DNA from: Dickeya dadantii NCPPB 898
Lineage (GTDB): Bacteria; Pseudomonadota; Gammaproteobacteria; Enterobacterales; Enterobacteriaceae
NCBI RefSeq assembly: GCF_000406145.1
Contig: NZ_CM001976.1
Coordinates: 3,357,163-3,389,162, forward strand
Direction of reading: 5' to 3'
Length of the DNA stretch: 32,000 bases
Shown here: positions 16,791 through 26,428 of the stretch, one piece after another
Layout of the letters: each line of letters begins with the position of its first letter
Numbering within the stretch: the first letter of the stretch is position 1
Notes under the pieces: model-generated
The model's input: only the letters and a program-made list of their open reading frames with translations
Databases searched by the model: none
Told to the model about the DNA's origin: nothing
Program-made: the position numbers and the translations under genes

Positions 16791-16806
16791 TTCCCGGCAA
16801 CGCCGG

Positions 16807-17895
16807 TTACGCCGCCACGCTGGTCGCCAGCGTCTCCACCCGGTGTATCGCCTGACGCACCCGCTGCTCCGTTACGGTAAACGGCATATTCGCCATATCC
16901 GGCGCATCAACCGATGCACGAACGATCGCCGCCAGCTCCGCCTCTGACAGATCCGGGCAGATCGCCGCCAGCGTCAGCGGCACTGCACAAGCCTGAGCCA
17001 GCCGAATCGCCGCCAGCAGCTCTTCATCACTACGCTGCTCCAGCGCCAGCAGACACAGATTGCCGAAGCCGACCAGCAGGCCGTGACCGAATTCGCGGGT
17101 CTTATCACAAACGGTAAATCCTTCGTACAACGCATGAGACGCCGCCGCGTGTGCGCCGCTGGCCATCAGCGACGTCAGCCCGGCGAACAGGAAGATGGCG
17201 TCCAGCACCTGATCAAGTGCGTCGCTGGGTTGTCCGTCCATTACGGCACGGCAGGCGGCCTCGCCGTGCTGTTCGATTAAGCGAAAACAGATCTCACTGT
17301 TAGCTCGTGACGATGCGGCAAAGCCGCTGCCGTTGTCGCCCGTGTCGATAACGCGAAACTCATACCATTTTGCCAGCGTATCTCCCAGCCCGGCCGCCAG
17401 CCAGCGCAGCGGTGCACGCACCAGTAGCGCGCTGTCGATCACCACCGCCGCCGGCGCCACCGGCAGGTGATACAAATCGTGGAAATGCCCGTCATCATGG
17501 TAACGAACCGACAGCGGCGTCACCGCGGCACACGTGGCGGCAATCGTCGGTAGCGTCACTGCTGGAATGCCGCACTGAAACGCTACCGCTTTACCGGTAT
17601 CCAGCGCCTTGCCGCCGCCGACCGCCAGCAGCAGATCGCTGCCGGTTTCACGCACCCGCGCGCACAGCCGTTCAATCTGACTGACGCTGCACTGCTCGCC
17701 GGACCACTCCACCGCGGTCAGCGTTACCCCGGCTTGCCGCAGTTGCTCGATAATCAGCGTCTGCGCTGCCGTCAGGGCCTGATGCCCTCCCACGACCAAT
17801 ACCCGACTCCCGAGCCGGGCGCACACTTCGCCCAACTGTTGACTGACTCCTGCGCCACGCAACACGGTGGCGGGGAAAAAGACCTGTTGTGTCAT
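16807..17895 (-). CDS. Iron-containing (group III) alcohol dehydrogenase, glycerol-dehydrogenase/YbdH(HcxA)-like
   Basis: The 362-aa product contains LAVGGGKALDTGKAVA, PTIAATCAAVTPLSVRYHDDG and AGLGDTLAKWYE. E. coli YbdH has PTIAATCAAWTPLSVWYNDAG and AGIGDTLAKWYE. The gene is divergent from rspA. Confidence 0.8.
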   Translation of the reverse strand: MTQQVFFPATVLRGAGVSQQLGEVCARLGSRVLVVGGHQALTAAQTLIIEQLRQAGVTLTAVEWSGEQCSVSQIERLCARVRETGSDLLLAVGGGKALDTGKAVAFQCGIPAVTLPTIAATCAAVTPLSVRYHDDGHFHDLYHLPVAPAAVVIDSALLVRAPLRWLAAGLGDTLAKWYEFRVIDTGDNGSGFAASSRANSEICFRLIEQHGEAACRAVMDGQPSDALDQVLDAIFLFAGLTSLMASGAHAAASHALYEGFTVCDKTREFGHGLLVGFGNLCLLALEQRSDEELLAAIRLAQACAVPLTLAAICPDLSEAELAAIVRASVDAPDMANMPFTVTEQRVRQAIHRVETLATSVAA

Positions 17896-18163
17896 CTCGA
17901 TTGCTATTCCTGTTCGCTGTCATTGCGGTTAATGGTCTACCGGGGTGCAGTATTGCCCCCTTGTTTTACAAAAACACGCCATTTATCAAGCAAACACCAT
18001 GCCATTGATGGACTGTTCCTCGCTACAGTCCAGGTAGTTTCACCATAAAAATGAGGATGTTTTTTACCCAGCCTGACGAATAACTGTGAAGCAGCGCATA
18101 GCACGCTCACTAATATACTTGTATGGTAGTTAGAGTAGAGGACATAAAAAGGACCCATGAAAC

Positions 18164-19378
18164 GTGAAAATTATTAGCGCAGAGGTGTTTGTCACCTGTC
18201 CGGGACGTAATTTCGTTACCTTGAAAATCACCACCGATGATGGCGTCACCGGTATTGGCGACGCCACATTGAACGGACGCGAGCTCTCGGTGGCGTCTTA
18301 CCTTAAGGATCACATTTGCCCGCAGTTGATCGGCCGCGATGCCCGGCAGATCGAAGACATCTGGCAATACTTCTATAAAGGCGCCTACTGGCGCCGCGGC
18401 CCGGTCACCATGTCGGCCATTTCCGCCGTCGATATGGCGCTCTGGGACATCAAGGGTAAAGCGGCGAACATGCCGCTCTACCAGTTACTGGGCGGCGCTT
18501 CCCGCAGCGGCGTTATGGTGTATTGCCATACTACCGGCCATTCCATCGACGAGGTGCTGGAAGACTATGCCCGACACCGCGACCAGGGTTTCAAAGCCAT
18601 TCGGGTACAGTGCGGCATCCCAGGGATGAAAACCACCTACGGCATGGCGAAAGGCAAAGGGCTGGCGTACGAACCCGCCACCAAAGGCAACTGGCCGGAA
18701 GAGCAGATCTGGTCAACGGAGAAGTACCTCGACTTCATGCCCAACCTGTTTGAAGCCGTACGCAGTAAGTTTGGTTTTAATGAACACCTGCTGCACGACA
18801 TGCACCACCGCCTGACGCCGATTGAAGCGGCGCGTTTCGGCAAAAGCGTGGAACCCTACCGGTTGTTCTGGATGGAAGACCCGACGCCTGCCGAAAATCA
18901 GGCGTGCTTCCGCCTGATTCGCCAGCACACCGTCACGCCGATCGCGGTTGGTGAGGTGTTCAACAGTATCTGGGATTGTAAGCAACTGATCGAAGAGCAG
19001 TTAATCGATTACATCCGCACGACCATCACTCACGCCGGCGGCATCACCGGTATGCGCCGTATCGCCGACTTTGCCTCGCTGTATCAGGTTCGCACCGGAT
19101 CGCACGGCCCGTCGGATCTTTCGCCGGTCTGCATGGCTGCCGCGCTGCATTTCGATCTCTGGGTACCGAACTTCGGTATTCAGGAGTTCATGGGGTATTC
19201 CGAACAGATGCTCGACGTGTTCCCGCATAGCTGGACATTTGAAGACGGCTATATGCACCCCGGCGACAAACCCGGTCTGGGGATCGAGTTTGATGAAAAA
19301 CTGGCGGCCAAATATCCCTATGAACCCGCCTATCTGCCGATTGCCCGTCTGGAAGACGGCACGCTGTGGAACTGGTAA
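18164..19378 (+). CDS. rspA: D-mannonate dehydratase of the enolase superfamily (ManD/RspA)
   Basis: The GTG start gives [50 protein letters not shown] and the product ends [15 protein letters not shown]. It is almost collinear with E. coli RspA (404 aa). Confidence 0.92.
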   Translation: MKIISAEVFVTCPGRNFVTLKITTDDGVTGIGDATLNGRELSVASYLKDHICPQLIGRDARQIEDIWQYFYKGAYWRRGPVTMSAISAVDMALWDIKGKAANMPLYQLLGGASRSGVMVYCHTTGHSIDEVLEDYARHRDQGFKAIRVQCGIPGMKTTYGMAKGKGLAYEPATKGNWPEEQIWSTEKYLDFMPNLFEAVRSKFGFNEHLLHDMHHRLTPIEAARFGKSVEPYRLFWMEDPTPAENQACFRLIRQHTVTPIAVGEVFNSIWDCKQLIEEQLIDYIRTTITHAGGITGMRRIADFASLYQVRTGSHGPSDLSPVCMAAALHFDLWVPNFGIQEFMGYSEQMLDVFPHSWTFEDGYMHPGDKPGLGIEFDEKLAAKYPYEPAYLPIARLEDGTLWNW

Positions 19379-19393
19379 GACAACGAGGTAGAC

Positions 19394-20416
19394 ATGAAAA
19401 GCATTGTGATTGAACACCCCAACGCGCTGACGATTGCCGATCGCGACCCCCCCCAGCCCGCGCATGGCGACGTCAGGGTCAAGGTCCAACTGGCCGGGAT
19501 TTGCGGTTCCGACAGCCATATCTATCGCGGCCACAACCCGTTCGCCAAATACCCGCGCGTCATCGGCCATGAATTCTTTGGCGTTATCGATGCCGTCGGC
19601 GAAGGAGTGGATGCTGCGCGCATCGGCGAACGGGTTGCGGTCGACCCGGTGGTCAGTTGTGGTCATTGCTACCCGTGCTCCGTCGGGCGGCCAAACGTTT
19701 GTACCGCTCTGACCGTTCTTGGCGTGCACCGTGACGGCGGTTTTAGCCAATACGCCGCCGTTCCGGCCAGAAACGCCTACCGCATTCCCGACAGCATTCC
19801 CGACGAGTTCGCGGTTATGGTGGAACCCTTTACCATTGCCGCCAACGTAGCCGCGCAAGTCCGGCCGACCGAACAGGATACCGTGCTGATATACGGCGCC
19901 GGGCCGATGGGGTTGACTTCGGTGCAGGTGCTCAAAGGGGTCTACCACGTTAAAGACGTGATTGTGGTCGATCGCATTCCCGAACGTCTGGTCATGGCAC
20001 AGCACTGCGGCGCGGACATGGTGCTGGATAATCGTGAGCACCCGCTGGCGGAGACACTAAAACAGCGTGGTATCCAGCCCACGCTGATCATTGATGCCGC
20101 CTGCCATCCCGGCATTCTGCAGGAGGCTATCTCGCTGGCCTCGCCGGCGGCGCGTATCGCCATCATGGGTTTTTCCAGCGAACCCAGCCAGATTACCCAG
20201 CAGAGCATTACCAGCAAGGAGTTGTCCATTTTCTCATCCCGCCTCAACGCCCATAAATTCCCACAGGTGATTGAATGGCTGGAACAGCGATTGATTGACC
20301 CGGCGAAACTGATCACACACCGGTTTCATTATGCCGATGTCGTTCAGGCTATCGATATCTTTGAGAAAGACCAGAAGCGCTGCTGCAAGGTGTTATTAAC
20401 GTTTGAAGAGGCATAG
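19394..20416 (+). CDS. rspB: Zn-dependent MDR dehydrogenase RspB (L-gulonate 5-dehydrogenase-type)
   Basis: It contains LAGICGSDSHIYRGHNPFAKYPRVIGHEFFGVIDAVGEGV and ends CCKVLLTF. It is collinear with E. coli RspB, and the SD GAGG precedes the start. Confidence 0.9.
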   Translation: MKSIVIEHPNALTIADRDPPQPAHGDVRVKVQLAGICGSDSHIYRGHNPFAKYPRVIGHEFFGVIDAVGEGVDAARIGERVAVDPVVSCGHCYPCSVGRPNVCTALTVLGVHRDGGFSQYAAVPARNAYRIPDSIPDEFAVMVEPFTIAANVAAQVRPTEQDTVLIYGAGPMGLTSVQVLKGVYHVKDVIVVDRIPERLVMAQHCGADMVLDNREHPLAETLKQRGIQPTLIIDAACHPGILQEAISLASPAARIAIMGFSSEPSQITQQSITSKELSIFSSRLNAHKFPQVIEWLEQRLIDPAKLITHRFHYADVVQAIDIFEKDQKRCCKVLLTFEEA

Positions 20417-20435
20417 TTAATCTCAGCATTTTAAT

Positions 20436-20466
20436 CAGGTGAGCGACAAAATAAAGCGCTCACCTG
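20436..20466. other. 10-bp-stem hairpin downstream of rspB (possible weak terminator or processing site)
   Basis: The structure is CAGGTGAGCG-acaaaataaag-CGCTCACCTG. No U-tract follows on the + strand. Confidence 0.35.
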
Positions 20467-20825
20467 CTGAAAAGCACAACGCGTGGGCGCTTTAACACCA
20501 CAATCCCCCGTAATGTGAATAAATCAGTGACCGGGGATAAACGCAGAATATATCTGCAACCTGATGTATGGCGGATATATATACCTGAAAGGAGAAACGA
20601 TAAAACAGATTACCCAAAAATAACTCAAGCGCAGGATATTTTACTCACCTGCCGCCTGAACGATAACGGGTATATTTTCCTGATAATAAAAACCGTCACC
20701 ACCGTTATTTATTACTGTACTTTCCGGATCGTTTAACCAGACCCGGAATGGTGTGTCGCGCACATAATCATAATTTTTCCATCGTTGTGCGATGCGTATC
20801 ACCACTATTCAAAAAGAGTATAAAC

Positions 20826-22247
20826 ATGAATAAAGCACAAACGACGTCTGAATCCGGCAAGACCGAAAGAGATACCTCTGATTTGGTTAAAGCGGCGATC
20901 TCCGGATGGTTAGGCACCGCGCTGGAATTTATGGATTTTCAGTTGTATTCGCTAGGGGCCGCCTTGGTTTTTCATGAAATCTTTTTCCCTGAACAATCGG
21001 CCGCCATGGCGTTAATTCTGGCGATGGGTACTTACGGTGCAGGTTATATCGCCCGTATTATCGGTGCCGTGGTGTTCGGCAGAATGGGCGATTCCATCGG
21101 CAGGAAAAAGGTGTTGTTTATTACCATCACGATGATGGGGATCTGTACCACACTGATTGGCGTCTTGCCCACCTATGCGCAAATCGGCATTTTCGCGCCG
21201 CTGCTGCTGGTCACATTGCGTATCGTGCAGGGGCTGGGCGCCGGCGCGGAAATTTCCGGTGCCGGCACCATGCTGGCGGAATATGCGCCCAGCGGGAAGC
21301 GCGGCATTATCTCTTCGCTGGTCGCCATGGGCACGAACTGCGGTACCCTGAGCGCCACCGGCATCTGGGCCGCCATGTTTTTCCTGCTCGACAGAGAGCA
21401 GTTGTTAGCCTGGGGCTGGCGCATTCCGTTCCTGGCCAGCGCCATTGTGATGGTTTTCGCCATCTGGCTGCGTATGAACCTGAAAGAAAGCCCGGTATTT
21501 GAACAGGTCAGCGACACCGCCGTCGATACAGCGAAAGCGAATAATCCCCGGGCAAGCCAGCACAAATCTCTGACGGAAATGTTCAGCAGTAAATCATTCT
21601 GGCTGGCGACCGGATTACGTTTTGGTCAGGCCGGTAATTCCGGATTGATTCAAACGTTTCTGGCCGGTTATCTGGTGCAAAGTTTGTTATTTGAAAAACG
21701 TATTCCGACCGACGCACTCATGCTCAGTTCGATTATCGGCTTTATGACGATTCCGCTATTAGGCTGGTTGTCAGATAAATTCGGCCGCCGTCTACCTTAT
21801 ATTATTCTGAATATTTCCGCCATCGTGCTGGCCTACCCGATGTTGTCGATTATCGTCAATAAAGACATGGGGGTCAGCACGATTATTGCCGCCATTATCA
21901 TTATTCATAATATTGCGGTGCTGGGACTGTTCGCGCTGGAAAATATCACCATCGCCGAGCTGTTCGGATCACGAAATCGCTTTACACAAATGGCCATCGC
22001 CAAAGAAGCCGGCGGTTTAATCGCCGTCGGGTTAGGCCCGGTGTTGGCAGGTATTTTCTGTAATATGGCCGGTTCCTGGTGGCCGATTGTCGTGATGCTG
22101 GTGACCTATTCCTGCATTGGGCTCATTACCGCCCTCGCAATGCCGGAAGTCAAAGATCGTGATTTGAGCATGCCGGAAGACGCCACCGATACTCAGGCTG
22201 CGCACCACGCGACTGCCTCATCACACCGCCAATACAAGGGGCTTTAA
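20826..22247 (+). CDS. ydfJ: MFS transporter (metabolite:H+ symporter family), YdfJ orthologue
   Basis: From ATG 20826 the product reads MNKAQTTSE...DLVKAAISGWLGTALEFMDFQLYSLGAALVFHEIFFPE...MPEVKDRDLS. It is collinear with E. coli YdfJ. The ORF-track extension from 20748 has no support. Confidence 0.88.
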   Translation: MNKAQTTSESGKTERDTSDLVKAAISGWLGTALEFMDFQLYSLGAALVFHEIFFPEQSAAMALILAMGTYGAGYIARIIGAVVFGRMGDSIGRKKVLFITITMMGICTTLIGVLPTYAQIGIFAPLLLVTLRIVQGLGAGAEISGAGTMLAEYAPSGKRGIISSLVAMGTNCGTLSATGIWAAMFFLLDREQLLAWGWRIPFLASAIVMVFAIWLRMNLKESPVFEQVSDTAVDTAKANNPRASQHKSLTEMFSSKSFWLATGLRFGQAGNSGLIQTFLAGYLVQSLLFEKRIPTDALMLSSIIGFMTIPLLGWLSDKFGRRLPYIILNISAIVLAYPMLSIIVNKDMGVSTIIAAIIIIHNIAVLGLFALENITIAELFGSRNRFTQMAIAKEAGGLIAVGLGPVLAGIFCNMAGSWWPIVVMLVTYSCIGLITALAMPEVKDRDLSMPEDATDTQAAHHATASSHRQYKGL

Positions 22248-22250
22248 ACC

Positions 22251-23723
22251 ATGACATTATCCCATGCTGCGTTGCCCCATCTGCCCGATGCGGTCATCAC
22301 GCCCGCCTACGACCGGGCGGCACTGAAAACCCGCATCGTTCATCTGGGGTTCGGCGCCTTCCACCGCGCTCATCAGGCGGTCTACGCCGATCGACTGGCG
22401 GCGGAACACGCCAGTGACTGGGGATATTGCGACATTAACCTGATCGGCGGCGAGCAACACATCGCCGATCTTCGGCGACAGGATCACCTGTTCAGCGTGG
22501 CGGAAATGTCGCCGCAGGCGTGGCACTGCCGGGTGGTGGGCGTGGTTCGGCAAGCATTGCACGCCGAAACCGACGGCATCGAGGCGGTACTGGCCGCCAT
22601 GAGCCAGCCAGACATCGCCATCGTGTCGCTGACCGTAACGGAAAAAGGCTACTGCCACTCGCCCGCGACCGGTCAGTTGCTGCTGGATCACCCGCTGATT
22701 ACCGCCGATCTCGCTCATCCGTCCGCGCCCCGCTCTGCGCCAGGCGTTATCGTGGCGGCGCTGGCGCGTCGCAAAGCCGCCGGGTTGCCGGCGTTCAGCG
22801 TGATGTCGTGCGATAACATGCCGGAAAATGGCCGCGTCACCCGTAACGTCGTGCTGGCCTACGCCCGTGCGCTCGACCCGGAACTGGCAGTCTGGATAGA
22901 GCAGCACGCCACCTTCCCGTCCACCATGGTGGACCGCATTGTCCCGGCGGTCACCGCCGACACGTTAAGCCAGCTTGCTGGGCAACTGGGCGTGGACGAT
23001 CCGGTCGGCGTCGCCTGCGAGCCGTTTGCACAGTGGGTTATTGAAGACCACTTCGTCAATGGCCGACCCGCCTGGGAAAAGGTGGGCGTGGAACTGGTGC
23101 AGGATGTGTTGCCGTACGAGGAAATGAAACTGCGTATGCTCAACGGCAGCCACTCTTTTCTGGCGTATCTGGGCTATCTGGCGGGTTATGCCCATATCAG
23201 CGACTGTATGCAGGACCCGGCGCTGGTCGCTGCCGCCCGGCATCTGATGCTGCAGGAGCAGGCGCCGACGCTGCGCACCCGTGGGGTCGATCTGGTCGCC
23301 TACGCCGACGCGCTATTACAGCGCTATCGCAATACCGCGCTAAAACACCGGACCTGGCAAATCGCCATGGACGGTTCGCAAAAGTTGCCGCAGCGCATGC
23401 TTGATTCCATACGCTGGCATCTGGCGCACGACAGCCGATTCGACATGCTGGCGCTGGGCGTCGCCGGTTGGATGCGCTATGTCGGCGGCGTTGACGAACA
23501 AGGCCAACCGATCGAGATCAGCGATCCTCTGAAAGAGGCGCTGGCGCTGGCCGTCCAACACAGTGAACAGGGGGAAGCCCGTGTGCGGGCGCTGCTGGCG
23601 CAGGAGACCATTTTTGGCCGCGACCTGCCCACCGACGGCCGCTTTGTCCAGACGGTGACCCGCTACTATCTGTCGCTGGTCAATCATGGCGTCAAGGCTA
23701 CGCTACAGGCACTGACCCAATAA
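22251..23723 (+). CDS. ydfI: Mannitol-dehydrogenase-family oxidoreductase (D-mannonate/fructuronate reductase, YdfI/UxuB-like)
   Basis: The 490-aa product contains [42 protein letters not shown] and LRMLNGSHS, which are long-chain mannitol dehydrogenase family motifs. The start is 3 nt after the ydfJ stop. Confidence 0.88.
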   Translation: MTLSHAALPHLPDAVITPAYDRAALKTRIVHLGFGAFHRAHQAVYADRLAAEHASDWGYCDINLIGGEQHIADLRRQDHLFSVAEMSPQAWHCRVVGVVRQALHAETDGIEAVLAAMSQPDIAIVSLTVTEKGYCHSPATGQLLLDHPLITADLAHPSAPRSAPGVIVAALARRKAAGLPAFSVMSCDNMPENGRVTRNVVLAYARALDPELAVWIEQHATFPSTMVDRIVPAVTADTLSQLAGQLGVDDPVGVACEPFAQWVIEDHFVNGRPAWEKVGVELVQDVLPYEEMKLRMLNGSHSFLAYLGYLAGYAHISDCMQDPALVAAARHLMLQEQAPTLRTRGVDLVAYADALLQRYRNTALKHRTWQIAMDGSQKLPQRMLDSIRWHLAHDSRFDMLALGVAGWMRYVGGVDEQGQPIEISDPLKEALALAVQHSEQGEARVRALLAQETIFGRDLPTDGRFVQTVTRYYLSLVNHGVKATLQALTQ

Positions 23724-23859
23724 CCCGCCCGACACGCACAGGCCGACACCCCGCCAGCCTGTGCGATACTCACCCGTCGGGAAAATGACGCGCCTTATGG
23801 ATAAGGCGTCGGCTAACCATGTATCATGATGACAAATGGCTTAAATACACCACGGATGC

Positions 23860-24564
23860 ATGGATAACTACTCTCAAATCAACAACTACTCTCAAATCAA
23901 CAACAACGAACCTGTTAATCAACAGATCTACCGCGTATTGCGCAAAGACATCGTGGAGTGCACGATCCCACCCGGCAAGCTTCTGTCTGAAAAGGAAATT
24001 TCAACACGTTTTTCCGTCTCCCGTCAGCCGGTGCGGGAAGCGTTCATCAAACTGGCGGAAGCCGGGCTGGTACAGATTCTGCCGCAACGCGGCACGTTCG
24101 TGATGAAGATTTCCGAGCAGCGCGTGGCCGACGCCCGCTTTATCCGTCAGGCACTGGAATGCGCTATCGTACGCCGGGCGGCCGAATACATCACCGATGA
24201 ACAGTTGTTGATGCTGGAACACAATCTGCGACGTCAGGAACTGGCGGCCCAGAATGGGCAGATACGCGAATTTCTCAGTCTGGACGATGATTTCCATCAG
24301 TTGCTGACGCAGATAGCCAAATGTCCGCTGGCCTGGGAGACGATCGAATCCATCAAAGCTACGATGGATCGGGTGCGTTTCCTGGGCCTCAGTCAGGTGT
24401 CGCCGCCGGCCAGCCTGATTCAGCAGCACTATTTAATTTTCAATGGATTAAAAGCCCGCGATGCGGATGCGGTAGAAAAAGCGATGAGCGGACATCTGCA
24501 GGAAATGATTCACTCCATTACCCCTATCGCCGAGCAGAACCGGGACTGGTTTGAACTGCCCTAA
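23860..24564 (+). CDS. rspR: GntR/FadR-subfamily (FCD domain) regulator, RspR(YdfH) orthologue
   Basis: [62 protein letters not shown] and [34 protein letters not shown] are closely collinear with E. coli YdfH. Confidence 0.88.
   Translation: MDNYSQINNYSQINNNEPVNQQIYRVLRKDIVECTIPPGKLLSEKEISTRFSVSRQPVREAFIKLAEAGLVQILPQRGTFVMKISEQRVADARFIRQALECAIVRRAAEYITDEQLLMLEHNLRRQELAAQNGQIREFLSLDDDFHQLLTQIAKCPLAWETIESIKATMDRVRFLGLSQVSPPASLIQQHYLIFNGLKARDADAVEKAMSGHLQEMIHSITPIAEQNRDWFELP
23866..23901. repeat. 2 x 18-bp perfect in-frame tandem duplication at the rspR 5' end
   Basis: The unit aactactctcaaatcaac occurs twice and encodes [12 protein letters not shown]. This falls in the non-conserved N-terminal tail. 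Confidence 0.92.
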
Positions 24565-24667
24565 GCCGGTGACGCCCCAAATCGCGCCGATATTGATTCG
24601 ACCGTTTTTCTCCGTCGCAGCCTGTCTCGCTGAATGATGGCTTAGGCCGCCAGGCGGCTCAAGCCAC

Positions 24668-24697
24668 GCTCAGAGCCTATCTCAATAGGCTCTGAGC
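24668..24697. other. 13-bp-stem perfect palindrome between convergent rspR and hutU (probable transcription barrier or terminator hairpin)
   Basis: The structure is GCTCAGAGCCTAT-ctca-ATAGGCTCTGAGC. U-tracts are weak in both directions. Confidence 0.5.
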
Positions 24698-24708
24698 GCC
24701 GTCGTGTT

Positions 24709-26415
24709 CTATTTCACCATCGGCAAATTCAACCGATGCTCTGCCGCACAGGCGGTGGCAACCTCGTAACCGGCGTCGGCGTGGCGCATCACCCCGGTGG
24801 CCGGGTCATTCCACAGCACCCGCGCCAGTCGGGCATCGGCCTGTTCGCTGCCGTCGCAGACGATCACCATCCCGGCATGCTGGGAAAAGCCCATGCCGAC
24901 GCCGCCGCCGTGGTGCAAACTAACCCAGGTAGCGCCGCCCGCCGTGTTCAGCAGCGCGTTGAGCAGCGGCCAGTCCGATACCGCGTCAGAGCCGTCCTGC
25001 ATCGCTTCCGTTTCCCGGTTGGGCGAGGCCACCGAACCGCAGTCCAGATGGTCGCGGCCGATGACGATCGGCGCTTTCAGCTCGCCGTTGCGCACCATCT
25101 CGTTGAACGCCAGCCCGGCCAGATGCCGTTCTCCCAGCCCCAGCCAACAGATGCGCGACGGCAATCCCTGAAAAGCGATGCGCTCGCGCGCCATATCCAG
25201 CCAGCGGTGCAGGTGGTGGTTATCCGGAAACAGTTCCTTCAGTTTGGCGTCGGTCTTATAAATATCTTCCGGATCGCCGGACAGCGCCACCCAGCGGAAC
25301 GGCCCTTTGCCTTCGCAAAACAGCGGGCGGATATAGGCCGGGACGAAGCCGGGGAAATCAAAGGCGTTACGCACGCCTTCATCCAGTGCGCGCTGGCGGA
25401 TATTGTTGCCGTAATCCACGGTGGGCACGCCCATGTGGCAAAAATCCAGCATCGCCTGCACATGCACCGCCATCGAGGCGCAGGCGGCTTTCACCACCGC
25501 GTCCGGGTTGGCGATACGTTCCTGCTGCCAGCGCGCCACGCTCCAGCCTGCCGGCAGGTAACCGTTGAGCGGGTCATGGGCGGAGGTCTGGTCGGTGACG
25601 ATATCCGGTTTCATGCCGCCGGCTTTGGCGCGTTTCACCAGTTCCGGCAATACCTCGGCGGCGTTGCCCAGCAGGCCGACGGAGATGGCTTTCTGCTGCG
25701 CGCCGGCCTCGGTGATCATCGCCAGCGCCTCGTCGATGCTGTCGGTCTTGTAATCCAGATAGCGGGTGCGCAGCCGAAAATCGATGCGGGACTCCTGACA
25801 CTCCACCGCCAGTACCGACGCCCCGGCCAGCACGCCCGCCAGCGGCTGGGCGCCGCCCATGCCGCCGAGACCGGCGGTGAGGATCCATTTGCCGCTCAGA
25901 TCGCCGTGATAGTGTTGACGGCCGGCTTCGGCGAAGGTTTCATAAGTCCCCTGCACGATGCCCTGCGCGCCGATGTAAATCCACGATCCGGCGGTCATCT
26001 GGCCGTACATCATCAGCCCGGCTTTATCCAGCTCATGAAAATGTTCCCAGGTGGCCCAATGCGGCACCAGATTGGAGTTGGCGATCAAGACCCTGGGGGC
26101 GTCGGCGTGGGTGCGAAACACCCCGACCGGCTTGCCGGACTGCACCAGCAGGGTTTCATCCGCTTTCAACTGGCGCAGGCTGGTCAGAATCGCGTCGAAG
26201 CAGGCCCAGTTGCGCGCCGCCTTGCCGATACCGCCGTACACCACCAGGTCTTCCGGACGCTCGGCCACATCCGGGTCAAGGTTGTTCTGGATCATGCGGT
26301 AGGCGGCTTCGATCAGCCAGTTTTCACAGTGCAGTTCGGTACCGTGCGGCGCGCGTACCACACGGGCGAGAGAAGACGCAGTCGAAGATGAAGCGGTAGA
26401 AGATGAAGTGGTCAT
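24709..26415 (-). CDS. hutU: Urocanate hydratase
   Basis: The start is ATG 26415, with AAGGA upstream. The product contains [59 protein letters not shown] and [13 protein letters not shown], and is collinear with HutU. The ORF-track start at 26454 overlaps the hutH end. Confidence 0.92.
   Translation of the reverse strand: MTTSSSTASSSTASSLARVVRAPHGTELHCENWLIEAAYRMIQNNLDPDVAERPEDLVVYGGIGKAARNWACFDAILTSLRQLKADETLLVQSGKPVGVFRTHADAPRVLIANSNLVPHWATWEHFHELDKAGLMMYGQMTAGSWIYIGAQGIVQGTYETFAEAGRQHYHGDLSGKWILTAGLGGMGGAQPLAGVLAGASVLAVECQESRIDFRLRTRYLDYKTDSIDEALAMITEAGAQQKAISVGLLGNAAEVLPELVKRAKAGGMKPDIVTDQTSAHDPLNGYLPAGWSVARWQQERIANPDAVVKAACASMAVHVQAMLDFCHMGVPTVDYGNNIRQRALDEGVRNAFDFPGFVPAYIRPLFCEGKGPFRWVALSGDPEDIYKTDAKLKELFPDNHHLHRWLDMARERIAFQGLPSRICWLGLGERHLAGLAFNEMVRNGELKAPIVIGRDHLDCGSVASPNRETEAMQDGSDAVSDWPLLNALLNTAGGATWVSLHHGGGVGMGFSQHAGMVIVCDGSEQADARLARVLWNDPATGVMRHADAGYEVATACAAEHRLNLPMVK
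26378..26407. repeat. 2 x 15-bp in-frame tandem repeat at the hutU 5' end
   Basis: The units gcagtcgaagatgaa and gcggtagaagatgaa encode [10 protein letters not shown] on the minus strand. This Ser-rich N-terminal extension is absent from the HutU N-terminus I remember. Confidence 0.85.
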
Positions 26416-26428
26416 GGAAAATTCCTTA

